Of a stretch of DNA of 64,000 nucleotides, positions 26,737-39,311 are shown in pieces. The notes below the pieces were generated by a model. The model was not told the origin of the DNA. It saw only the letters and a program-made list of their open reading frames with translations, and ran no database searches. Origin of the DNA: Geosiphon pyriformis uo1 (lineage: Eukaryota; Fungi; Glomeromycota). A program made the position numbers and the translations under genes. The stretch covers positions 1-64,000 of the forward strand of contig JAAOMT010000660.1 of the NCBI GenBank assembly GCA_016748015.1, written 5' to 3'. The stretch's first letter is position 1. Every line of letters begins with the position of its first letter.

Positions 26737-28397
26737 ATGGAAAACAATATAACCATGTCCTTCAATAACAAAATAGAAACTAAAAGATATTCTTCTTATC
26801 TTAACCAAAAGCAAAATTTTTTCTTCAAATTTTTTCTCCTGTCAATATCAGTTACTATCGTTTTGGTTTCTGTGCCAACCAATGCAACGCCTTTATCGCA
26901 ATTCACTAAACGCCAACTAAGCGATCTAGTTGCTTTTCAAATGGAATCATCTCCAACCTCTAATCTCGGTGAAAATAATGATTTAACATTTGATTTAGGA
27001 CAAAATACCTTTCCACAGACAGATATTTTTGGCATGAACAAGAATTTAGAAACTAGTACTGGTCAAAAAGTTGGAGCACTACCAAATAGCTTAGATCAGT
27101 CTAACAATGAAAATCAAAATATTTTCCAAATTGGAAATAATCTAGGTTTTGATTTAAGTTCCTTTGATAACCAGGTTCCAGTCGGTTCTACATCTCGAGC
27201 TATAACTGATATGGCTAGTCTTCCTCAAGATCAATTTTTTGAAAATAATAATAATCTTTCATCAGACGAAACAAATTCACAATTTTTGGCTTTTACTGAC
27301 CAGCCCTCATCAAACGAGAATGAGTTCGGCCAATCTAATACAGGTGGTTTTGATATCGCAGCAGCTTCCGGAGGGAAATCACTAGTAGATCGAGCTCTTG
27401 AAAACGAGCTCGCAAAATACGCCAAATATGCAAGTGATGCGTATTGTCCAGATACCGAAATGCATGTGATCACCGGAAATATGCGAGGTAAAATTTCCTA
27501 AATTTTCAAAAGAAATTATTCAAAAATCAATTAATAAGTTTTATACTCTTTCTTTTAATAGCTGCAGTCATAGATAATTTCAATGGATTACTAGTGATCA
27601 TTTTTCAAGGAGCCATTCACGCAACTGATAATGCCCTTTTTCAGGATAGTGCAATGGTCGATTTTCCCCTAGCACCCAATGCCAAAGTTCATCATGGCTT
27701 TTATGCTGCCGTTAATTCTGGAAAGAAAAATTTAGTCAACTTCTTTAAAAACACCGCAGGTGTTACCTCTGACTCAAATGTGATATTGACTGGTCATAAT
27801 TCTGGTGGTGGTATGTTATTTTTAATTCTATTGAGCAAATTAAATATCACTTTTACGAATAAAAGTCAGGTAAACGATTAAAAATATTTAAATTTCCCAC
27901 AGCCCTGGCATTATTTTCGGCACTTCTAGTATTAAAATCAGAGCTCAAGCCCAAAACTATTCAGATTTTTACCTATGGTCAACCACGTGTCGGAAATAAA
28001 GGATTCGCTGAATATGTTAACCGAGAAATTCCAGACTTGTATCGTGTGATAAATGGCAAAGATACTGTGGCGAATAGTCCCAGTAGAGGTTCAACAGGAT
28101 GGGTGCATCATGAAAAAGAATATTGGATTGATCCTAAATCGAAAAAAACGTATAGTTGTCCTGGGACGTTTGACGGCAGTGGAAATTTTGTTGATGAGAG
28201 TCAAGTATGTCGCATCATATATACTGAATATATAATTTTAAATGACCCAATGCGAATTTCTTAATTTACTTTCCTTTTTTATTTAGGAATGCTTAAATGC
28301 TCCAGGTCAATATAATTCAGCATTGAATGCTGGTCCATATTTCTCCATCACAATGGGGAAAACTTGTCTGCCACCGGGAAGAAGGCCGCGATGTTAA
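26737..28397 (+). CDS. Secreted class-3 lipase-fold protein 3 (about 470 aa), elbow GHNSGG, with Asn at the catalytic His position
   Basis: Exons 26737-27487, 27562-27810, 27903-28204 and 28287-28397. TNA|TPLSQFTKR. Motifs KYASDAYC, IFQGA, KVHHGF, TGHNSGGALA, TYGQPRVGN, RVINGKDTV, HHEKEYW, ALNAGPYF. The start could instead be the ATG at 26755. Confidence 0.9.
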
Positions 28398-28707
28398 ACT
28401 TTCAAATTTTTGTACAGAATCAACCGTATTTTTTTCTCTTCCAACAGAATTTTCAAGTTTAGAAGACTTACTTTTTTCGAATTTAATCCTTTAAAATTTC
28501 ATTAGAGTAGCTCTTTGAAAAGACTAAAGTTATATTGTATTTATCCAAGTATTTTCTTAATTCTTATCCTCGTCTGAATAAATTAATAAAATAATTGATT
28601 TTAAAAATAATTAATTTTTTATATTTACAAAATTTTTTGAAGAGATCTAAAGGTCTTTGTAATAATAAACTTTGGTATATGCCAACAAATACTGTATGTA
28701 TTACATA

Positions 28708-29992
28708 CAGTCTGGTAAGAAAAAAATTGGAAATATAAAAATAATTACTATGTCTTAACTAATGTACCAAATTACATAAAACAACTATTATTAGAAAGTC
28801 AAATACCATATAATTTTATTAAAAAAAATTAATAGGAAATTCTTTCCTCATTGATCCTACTAACCTAATTAAGGTAGATTCAGGAATATCTTGCCACTCT
28901 TCCCCCATAAATTTCTCTAATTCACTACGATTTTGAGGCATTCTTTTTAACAATAGCCCAAAGGTTTTCTATTGGGTTTAAGTTGGGACTATTAGATGGC
29001 CACCCCAACAAATCAGTTGTATTCTCAGCAATAAACTCTTTGGCAAGCTTGCTAGTATGCTTGAGGTCATTATCTTGTTGGAATCGCCAATTATACCCCA
29101 GCATTGCTCTAATTTCAGGTAAGTGGTTACGAAGAATATCTATATAAAATTGAGCATTCATTATTTGAACAAAACAGAATTAATTAGTCTTTCCTTTTTC
29201 GTAGAAACCCCCCCCCCCCCCCACGTGAGAATTTTTGTTCGATCGTTAGGCATAGGACGAATTGGTCGAGTACCTTTATGCCAACGTTTTACCGTGTTTT
29301 GAAAAAGTTGAAAAGATGTTTCGTCAGTAAAAACTGTTCTTTTCCAATCATCGTTCAGGTGTTTTTGGGCCCATTCTACACGTTTTCGCTTATGCTCTTC
29401 GGTCAGCATTGGAGTTGCTCTAGGAAAACTTTTTTTATAATTAAGGTTGGATAAATGGTTTTGAATAGTAACATGAAAAACATTTATTCCCTTCTTAGCC
29501 AACTTTATTGCTAAATATCTAGACGAAACTGAGGAATCTCTACTATTAATCTGCCCTAATACTCTCGAAGAATTTCCCGTAATCTTTCTTGGCCGACAAT
29601 TACCACTCGCATGCTTTATTGTTCCTTTTTTTTGAGTTTTTCGAGGATATTATAGATTGTAGAAAGAAGTATATTCGTTTTATTCTGTATTTCTTTCGCC
29701 TTACGTATTCCTTGCTTCCAAAAATGTAATAAGACTTGCCGTTCCGTTGCGTTTCTTGCTTTGAAGTCGGCATTTCAAAGAAAAGTTTTAAAAAAAACTA
29801 TTAGTTAATACGCGAGAAAATATTTTTAGAGCTCAGCCACTTACCTAATATTCTGTTTCCATTTTTACCATCACAAAACTTACCAAAAATGATTAAACCA
29901 AACGCAATCTTAGTAGATTCATATTGTCGATTGAAACTGGTAAAATACTACATGTAATTTGAAAAGTATAAATGAATTATATCTGATCAAAA
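28708..29992 (-). mobile_element. Tc1/mariner (DD34E) DNA transposon with a frameshifted transposase
   Basis: VFTDETSF, then WRFQQDN-x-PSNSPNLNPIENLW with 34 residues between the second D and E. ATG at 29773. The probable terminus is TA|CAGTCTGGTAAG at 28706-28719. The other end is cut by the adapter junction. Confidence 0.9.
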
Positions 29993-30011
29993 AGATGTGT
30001 ATAAGAGACAG
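29993..30011 (+). other. Tn5 mosaic end / Nextera adapter (library artefact)
   Basis: Exact 19-mer AGATGTGTATAAGAGACAG joining two unrelated segments. Confidence 0.97.
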
Positions 30012-31317
30012 GATATAGAAAAGATAATTGACAAATATGGCGAGCTTCAACATACAAGGGTATTAAGAATCTTAGCAAAGAAGATTCTAATAACTCCCTT
30101 AGTATTACAAAAGTAATACCTGTCACTCGCTAGTCAATCATCACAAATGCCTCGGTAACCACGCTGGATTATGCCCTCTTACATCTAAACTATCCCCACC
30201 CACTCCTGCAAAAGGCATGGATAACAGACTAACAATCATCAATTCCTCACCACCTAACCCTGAAATTTAATTTCAGTTATTTGGTGATCAATGTTTTATT
30301 CCATTTTCGTTATTCGTTTATTCGTTTATTCGTTTATTCGATATTGTTGAGTTGTTGGTGTTTCTTTGTACCGGTTATAGGTGTTTATGTTCGTGAGTTG
30401 GTGAACGCCGGTAATTTCGTCCTTGTTATAGGTGTTTATGTTCGTGAGTTGGTGGATGCCGGTAATTTTGTCCTGGTTATGTTCGTGAGTTGGTGAACGC
30501 CGGTAATTTCGTCCTGGTTATGTTCGTGAGTTGGTGGACGCCGGTAATTTCGTCCTGGTTATGTTCGTGAGTTGGTGGACGCCGGTAATTTTGTCCTGGT
30601 TATGTTCGTGAGTTGGTGGGCGCCGGTAATTTCGTCTTTGTTATAGGTGTTTATGTTCGTGAGTTGGTGAACGCCAGTAATTTGTCATTAGGAGCCGATA
30701 GTGGGTTCGCCCTAAATAAGCAAAAGACAAGAGTAAATCACATTAAACATAACAATATTACCTTTCTCCTTGATAGTATTAGTCCTATATAGGATAAAAT
30801 TTGCTTGAATGGCAAAGAACACCTCTTTATATATTAAATTGCCTCTAATTTGTTGATTTTGACATTAGATTGTTTATTAAAACCTACGCGTTTGTATTTC
30901 ACACGAATACATGAATACAAGGGTGCCAGAGTTTTTACTATGTCATCATTAAACGTGTTTTCATATTTCGAAAATAATACTATGCAGATCCTCATGACTT
31001 TTTTTTTNNNNNNNNNNNNNNNNNNNNNNNNNNNNNNNNNNNNNNNNNNNNNNNNNNNNNNNNNNNNNNNNNNNNNNNNNNNNNNNNNNNNNNNNNNNNN
31101 NNNNNNNNNNNNNNNNNNNNNNNNNNNNNNNNNNNNNNNNNNNNNNNNNNNNNNNNNNNNNNNNNNNNNNNNNGATCTTGACAAAAAATCATTTACATAT
31201 CACGAAAACCCGAAATTAATATGCCAACGCTTAGATTAACACAAGGCCATTTTTATTCAAAATCAAAAAATCCAACATAAGAAATGAAGTTTCATATTTA
31301 TCTGCTATGCAAAGAAC

Positions 31318-31348
<31 letters not shown>

Positions 31349-32350
31349 CATAGTGATGAAGATGAATCTCATGTAATACGGGACACGATCAGCAATTTGG
31401 TTACCATATTTACATGGCTGTTTGTTGATGGAAACCAAGTTCTCATGAGAGATTTATCTCTTTTAGGAGCAAAGCGGCCAAAATTAATTAGACAATGGTT
31501 CGCTTGTTTTTTAGCATGTTGTGGTAAAAATTAATTAAGATAAAAATGAGAAGATGCAAATTTTTTGACAGAGAGTATGTTTTTTCTTGAGTTTGTANNN
31601 NNNNNNNNNNNNNNNNNAATACAAGGGTGCCAGAGTTTTTACTATGTCATCATTAAACGTGTTTTCATATTTCGAAAATAATACTATGCAGATCCTCATG
31701 ACTTTTTTTTTTGGCTCGTTTATCCTAAAATGGTTAATTCGATCAGTATGGGAAATAAAATTCACATCCCTTAAACCATGAGACAAATAAGAGAACAATG
31801 TAAATGGTCATAGCAGGGTCAGTCATAGGCGTCCATATTTATCTCGCTGCTGAAAAAATAAAAAATAAAATGGTCGCAGCATAAAAAAAATGGTGTCATA
31901 TTTCATAGCCGAAAAACACCTCCAAACATTAAAAGGTTTCAAATCAATTTATATATAAATTAGATATGATAATAATAAACGATACTACTTAAGTAGAATA
32001 GATGTTTCTCATTCCTTTCTTTAATTACAGGGTCTGATCTAATGTTTGGAAGTATCAGTGTTTCAGCGTCACGCTGGCATTTCTCTCTTTTAGTTTTTTT
32101 TTGCAATACTATTATATTGTCAGCATCACATTACAAATTACGTATCAGGGTGAATGCGTAAAGAGCATATGATTTTCGGCCATCCTTTTAAAATCAGCTC
32201 TTGATATTTAATGATAATAATGAATTCAAAAACGGGCTTCCATAGATTTCATAAGATCTTGACAAAAAATCATTTACATATCACGAAAACCCGAAATTAA
32301 TATGCCAACGCTTAGATTAACACAAGGCCATTTTTATTCAAAATCAAAAA
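30012..32350 (-). repeat. Inverted, gap-fragmented composite repeat copies, with minisatellite at about 30355-30690
   Basis: Reverse complement of parts of 16472-18570 and 14031-14490. Confidence 0.88.
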
Positions 32351-34897
32351 NNNNNNNNNNNNNNNNNNNNATAAGAGATTTGTGATATTTCTTCAGTGAC
32401 AAAGGGAGAATTTCGGACAACAAAAATGGCTAATGACGCATACATTCTCTCAAAGAAAAATAATAAGGATCATTTCTTTTATCACTTCCATTCATTTATT
32501 GCTTCTCTTCCTTTATAACTTCCTTTTCTTTATCGCTTTCCTTTCTTTATCGCTTCGCTTCTCTTCCTTCATTCCTTCTTTTTCTTCGTCCTTTCTTTCT
32601 TTTTTTTCCTTTTTTTTATCCTCTCTTCCCTTTCTTTCTTTCTCTCTCTCTCTCTTCGTTTCTATCCAAATTTTTTAAAGGTGAATCTCACTGAGAATTG
32701 TACTTGTCAAAAATTAAAAATTTAATAATTAAAAATTTTAAAAAAAAAGATTTATTTGAAAAGATTTTGTTTTTTCAAATAAACTCGAGTACAAACTTTA
32801 TGATGTGACAATAGTCATATAATTTTTTTTTGTAAACGACTTATTTGCAACAAAACTCATTGAAAGCGACAAAGGTAATAATAATGAAAAGTTTTTAGTG
32901 TTGCTTTATTTATATAATGTTTTATTATGTACAATATTTAGAACGTTGTTAGATTACAAGTTTTTATTTTATTATTTTTTAAATAAATGCTTAATTTCCA
33001 TAATAAATAAAATCTTTAAAATTGAAAGCCCGTTTTATAATTTAAAAAAAAAATCTTGAATCATTTTTTATTTAATAATTTTATTAAAAAGTTACAAAAA
33101 AAACGTGTTTTTTAAAAAAAAAATCAAATTAGTACCTTTTTCAAAAAGAGATGTAAATATTGAAGTTTTCCCAAACTCGGGTTTCCCAAATTAAGAAATC
33201 ATTAACTTCTTTTGTTATAATTGATCAAAGTAAACAGACCTCTATTTTTTTCACATCTTATTAACAATAAATACACCATCTTTTTCCTCATTTTACATCA
33301 TTGGCTTAAGCAAGTAAAAATCGCTATTAAAATGTCTCAATTTCTTCCCTTTTTTCTTAACTAAATTTCTAAAATGCAGTCATTACTACCGCCATTTTGA
33401 TGTAAAATTATTCTTTTTTTAATTAGAATATGCAGTCTTAAATAATTTCGTAATTGACGAGAAAGATAACGCCGTTTCAAGACAAGTTAGTTTTTATAAG
33501 CATCATATTCAAGTAAAATTTCTGTTCTCGGATCTCTGTACAAACAAATAAATTAGAAAAAACCAATTGTCATTACTTTTGGTCAGCTAAAATGGGAAAA
33601 GAAGTTTTTATTTTTTCACTTAAATCAAACTTGAAATAAAATAAATTTTCTTTAAAACTTTATAGGAATAATATTAAGTGCAATTAGCACATTTTTCTTG
33701 AATTTTTTTTCGCATATAATCACCAATTTTGTGCAATAAATTAATATAAACTAATTATATATTATGTTTAAAAGTTAATAAATTTCGACATAGTTAAAAA
33801 TTTAAGTGAAAATTGTGAGATAATTTTAACAATAAATATTTTGTACAAATTTTTTAAGAGTTTTTAATTAATATATATATAATAAATAAAAATAAAATTG
33901 CAAATGTGACAAATAAAAATTATATTAATTGAAATTGTAATTATATAATAATTAAGTATTAAATTGATTGCAATTTATTAAAATACTTTTTTTAAAAAGA
34001 AAATATTGTCAAATCTAAAATAGTAATTTTTGTTAAAATAAAACATATAAATTCGATAAAAAAAAGTTTTAATTTTTTAATTTTTAATCAGATAAATAAA
34101 AATTTAATATAATTTGTAATGTTTATTATATGTTTATACATATTATATATATATAAAAATTATTAATTAGAAGCATTAAAATTTGTTTTAATATTTTTAT
34201 ATATTTAAGTATTTTTTACAATGTTTTTTAACTTTTTATAATGTATTCGTAATATTTTAATAATTTTAGTTAAAACATGAAATCAAATAAATAAAATAAA
34301 TAATTTAATAAAAAAATAATAATAATAATTTTTATTACTTTATTTTTTAACATATATTTTATTGTAAAATTAAAATATAGATAAATTATTTATATTAATT
34401 AATAAATTAATAAATTTTTAATTAATTAATTTATTTATGTATTTGTTATTAACTTAATTTTTGACTTGATTTAATGAGATCAGTAAATCTTTTGAATAAA
34501 ATTGAAAGATTCATGATATAAGTTATAAGATACATATATTTTCAAAAAATACTATAAATATATTTAAAAAATTTATATTTTATAGAGTTTTTAGCATATC
34601 TAAAACATAAAAACTTTTTCTTACTTTTAATTCTTTTAATTCTTTTAATTCTGGTATTTTGTTTTTATATTTATTAATAAGATGTTTTCAAAGACTTGAA
34701 ATTTCAAAAAACTTTACCACAATTATTACATATCACATGTAATTCATCTTTTTAAAAATAATTTCATATAAACAATATATATTGAAAATTCCTTTGATAT
34801 ATTTATAGTTATAATAAAATAAAAATTTCTGACTTACAAATAACTTTAAAATTGATAAAAGATAACAAGCATGGTATTATCTAGTATGACTAATAGT

Positions 34898-36476
34898 TTA
34901 GGATGAATTGTCACAATCCTTAACGGTTTTAAACAAATATGGGCCTTCATGTTCAATCGATGCCAAACCCGTTGCAGAAGCTGAACATTGCTAAAATGAT
35001 GAAATCAATTAATACTTATTTTTAAAATTAATCATTATCAATTCCTCATTTGCTTAAAACTTACCGGATTTTCGCCCATTAATCTTCTAGATTGGTCTTT
35101 TATTCCATCACATTTAAAAACCTCGCCTCCATTAGTTCCAATAGTTTTATCCCAATATTCTGTATCAAAATGTAGATATCCTTGAGAAATTTGAGGTCTA
35201 TGTGGAATAGGGTCACTTTGATGAACAACTCGTCGTACAATTAGTTTTTCTGTTACGAGCTGTGCGAAAGCTTTATCACCGATACGAGGTTGTCCAAATG
35301 TATATACTTCAACATCTTTGACTGACGATGATTCGCCTCGAAATTTTAAGGCTAAAGCTGTAAATATTGCATATACTAAATAAGAAGTAAATTATACAAA
35401 GAAAATTAAAAAAAGGTTATTTGAGCTACTAATATTCAATTAAAGAGAGTCTTAAAATAAAGATATTGTTTTTCCTCTTTGAGAAATTTTTACATACCAC
35501 CACCCGAATCAGACCCAGTCATAATTAAAGAAGAGACTGTTTTCTCCCTTATTTCCTTTGACACAATATTAATCAATGCTTCTTCATTTTTTAGAAAAAT
35601 GTTTAAAAATCCTTTATGAACTTTTGACGATTCATCATAAGGGTGATTAGTTAGTGTAATATCACTAATGATATTAGCCGCTGGTGTAAAACCAAGAAAA
35701 CTATAAAATATATTGGAGCTTTCTACATCTTTTCCTGCTATTACTAAAGAATAATATTTCAATTAATGGTAGTTAAAAGGCTTTGTAAAATTTTAATATT
35801 CAATGCAGATACCTTGAAAATCTTTAGAAGCATAAACAACTCGTGTGGTCCTGAAAGGTTTACTATGAATACCACATAATGCAAAGTCTGCGTATAATGC
35901 GATTTTGTTACGAGTTTCCATATCAATTGCTTGATATGAGCCAGCGTTAGCTTTAGCAAATAGTGTTCCATCATTTTCAATATTTTGACTTGTTATAGGA
36001 GTTGTATTTTCGAAGAAATTATTTGAAGCTATTTGAAGTGGATCCGTTTGAACTGATAATTCGGATGTTTCAGCTGAGGATCCTGGTATATTATTTAACT
36101 CACTATTATCTATAGATGGCAAAAATGCCAAGTCACCTATCTCTTGTGAACTAGAGATTCCATCTAATATGTTAGTATTTTGGTTATTATTATTATTATT
36201 ATCATCTAAAAAAGGATTACTGGATAAGGAAAAAGGATTCAAGTTTAAATTGAAATTATCGTTCGAAGGATCTAAGTTTAAATTGATATTATCATTCGAA
36301 GGAATTGATCCAAATAAATCCTCCCTTTTAACAATACTTGTGGTGGATATAGGGTTTGCATATGTGATTGAAATTATGAAAAACGAATTTAAAAAAAGTG
36401 AAATGATTCCTCGGTTAAAACTTTGAAAGAAAACTTTGGATTTATACTTTCTTTGAGAGATAATATAATTAAACAT
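34898..36476 (-). CDS. Secreted class-3 lipase-fold protein 4 (about 437 aa), elbow GSDSGG, close paralogue of gene 2
   Basis: Exons 36476-35813, 35743-35498, 35375-35065 and 34990-34898. TYA|NPISTTSIVKR. Motifs KVHKGF, TGSDSGGVYA, YTFGQPRIGD, RVVHQSDPIPHRP, EHEGPYL. Confidence 0.92.
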
Positions 36477-37822
36477 AGTGAATAAATGATTAAAAAAAAA
36501 ATTTTTGTTTCTTTGAAAAAATTTTGTCAAATTTATAAGTTTTTAACTACATAAAAAAATATTAAAGCTCATTTTTATCTTTTTTTTTTTTATAAAATTC
36601 CCTCTTAAAAAGTAAGTTTTTATTTATCCCTAAAATTTTTAAAATTAATTCCATAATCAAAAATATTCGTGCAGTTTTGTTGATACAGATTTTATTATAT
36701 ATTAATTTATTTTTATTATAGTTAAGTTTTTAGTTTTTAGTTTTTGAATATATTTACTCAATTATAATGCATGCATGATATTCCAGGTATCTCTCTTCTG
36801 AAATATCAAGGAGGTTATATTATAAGTAGTACAATTTTAATAAAAATTATTTTTAAAAGTATTCTTTCTTCTAATTTATTAAAAGCGGTGAGACAAAAAA
36901 ATGTTTCTAATATACTGAGACCATTATCATTATATATTTCTAGTTCAAAAAAGATATTTGATATATATATATATTGTAATAGAAAGGCTTCGGCAAGTGA
37001 TTATTAGAGATTTGAATGGAAAAACATTATTAAAACTATTGGTAAAGTCGATGCGAACGCGGAATACATCTTGCGGTTGCAAATTTTCGGGATGACTAAA
37101 AACATTTTATTTATTTATTTATTTATTTATTTTTTTACAATGTTTACAGTAGATGCTGATCCAAAAAATTGAATTGAAATCATTTAACCACCGGAAAAAC
37201 TTTGAATATATAAATTTTCAATTAAAACATTAAAGATTTCTTATGGTTTCATAATGACATGAGAGAGCTTTAAGTTTTAATTAGTTTTGTTTCTTTTTCA
37301 AGTAAAACAAAGAGCTTAAAAATTTCAAACTTTTTAATAAATGAACCTAATTTAAAGGGTTAACAGATCGAACAGCTGGCCAAGGATCTTTAAAATTTTC
37401 AATAAAATATTTATTAAAGTTTGTCAGAAAATTTTCAAAGCTTTTCAATGATGATATTAAAAGAATAAATAATGTTATGTATTTAGGTTAAACTTCAAAT
37501 CTTTTTCCGTGCAAGATCAATTCCCCTCTGTGTTCTTATGATTAGTGATTAGTGATTAGTAATTAGTGATTAGTGATTTCCATCACAGTAACATGTTAAA
37601 AGGAATACCATAGAATTGTTATAAGTTTCTATCTAATATCTGACAAGATAAAAGATAAAAATAATTTTTGCGATGGAAGAAAGTTGATTCGGAAATAAGC
37701 TTATATAAAGGAAAGAGTTTTTCCTGCACTATTTTCTTGAACTTTTTTTTTATTTTTATTGAAAAGCCAAAGAAGTAATTTTCATATAATAAACTATTTT
37801 AAACCATAAAAAAATATTAAAC

Positions 37823-38224
37823 ATGCTATCTTTCTTTCCAAAAATTATTAACTCCCCTCATATACAAAATATCAATAAAAGACAAAAATTTTTGTTTAAA
37901 CTTCTTGTTCTAGTTATCTATATAACTTCACTTTTATATTCCATCTCAATTCCTCCAATTGCAGCTTTGCCAATAAATACGAGCAACCTTTCAAAAAGAA
38001 ACGATTCCTATCAATATATCCACCCCTCTAATATTCATAACTTCTCCTCTCAAGATTTCGAACCTGTCAGTTTTGATGACTCCTCTTCTCAAGATTTCGA
38101 GCTCCTCAGTTTTCATGACTCCTCCTCTTCTCAAGATTTCGAGCCCCTCAGTTTTCATGACTCCTCCTCCTCTTCTCAAGATTTCCAGCCAGGATTGGTT
38201 TCATATATTCCTGGAATAATATAA
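37823..38224 (+). CDS. Small secreted repeat protein (133 aa)
   Basis: Leader, then IAA|LPINTSNLSKR, then four S(n)QDF(E/Q)xx(V/L)S(F/Y)-type repeats. Upstream TATATAAA at about 37702. Confidence 0.78.
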   Translation: MLSFFPKIINSPHIQNINKRQKFLFKLLVLVIYITSLLYSISIPPIAALPINTSNLSKRNDSYQYIHPSNIHNFSSQDFEPVSFDDSSSQDFELLSFHDSSSSQDFEPLSFHDSSSSSQDFQPGLVSYIPGII

Positions 38225-38520
38225 TAACCTCTTAAATTCTGATTCATCATCTAAATATTTTTATGTAATATTGAGTAAAATTTAATGAATATGAAAATTT
38301 TTACTTTGTTGTATTTTATTTTATGTCTTTTTTAATTCATTGAACTCAAATATTTTGAGATTTCTTTTTGGCTGGTTTCAAATTCAATTTATCAAGAAAC
38401 ATTAAAATTATTTGAACTAAAAAGTTGATAAATATAATTTAGATTTTGAATAAAAATGGTGGTTTTTTTTTAAATATTAAATTTTGCTATATATATAACC
38501 TCAATTTTGAACCAATTAAA

Positions 38521-38545
38521 CAGCAACAACAACAACAACAACAAC

Positions 38546-38587
<42 letters not shown>
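38521..38587. repeat. (CAA)n(TAA)n microsatellite; further (TAA)n tracts at about 39165-39268 and 60968-61004
   Basis: Direct reading. Confidence 0.95.
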
Positions 38588-39176
38588 TTTATCCATAAAT
38601 TCGCTTTTTGCTTAAAAGGCATGATTTTTATCTTATCAGTAGGGATATCTATCAGCTTTAATTTAAATTAAGGTATAAGCAAGAAGTGAAAGATTATTAT
38701 TTGAAATAATCTCAAATAAATCATTGGATTCTTCTTTTTTTGATCTAAAAATAATTTCGGGTTTTCATTATATATATATATACATTAATATTGTGCTTTT
38801 AAAAACATCTCAATGCCTTTTAAATATCATTTTGAGAAAGTTTTTCTCTTTGCTTTTTTAACCTGTGACGAAAGTTTACTTTTTGCGCTTGAATAAATTA
38901 TTATCTACTTCATATTTTCCGATCAAATAACATTTACAAAAAAAATTATAGCAGTAAATTTTCAAAAATATCAAATATACAAGATCTTCAAAGACTTTTG
39001 AGGCATTTTATTCAAGATCAATTACTTAAAGTAAAAAAGAAAATCTTTCCCCATATAATTTTAAAAAATAAAAACAAATCAAGACGCATCCTGAACAAAA
39101 TTTATAATGTAAATCATGATTTTTTACCGGAAAAAATCACTTGACCATAATGTCCAATATAATATTAATAATAATG

Positions 39177-39216
<40 letters not shown>

Positions 39217-39225
39217 TGATAAAAT

Positions 39226-39260
<35 letters not shown>

Positions 39261-39311
39261 TAATAATAAGGCTAAATAAAACTATTTGACAAGTCCTTCA
39301 TGATCAAGTTT

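Noticed and set aside
29993-30011. A real Tn5 insertion or horizontal transfer
   Set aside because: It is the synthetic mosaic end, a single copy with no 9-bp duplication and no transposon body.
37540-37578. (TTAGTGA)n, and the isolated gggttagg in the composite repeat, as telomeric sequence
   Set aside because: Too short, interstitial and not canonical TTAGGG arrays.
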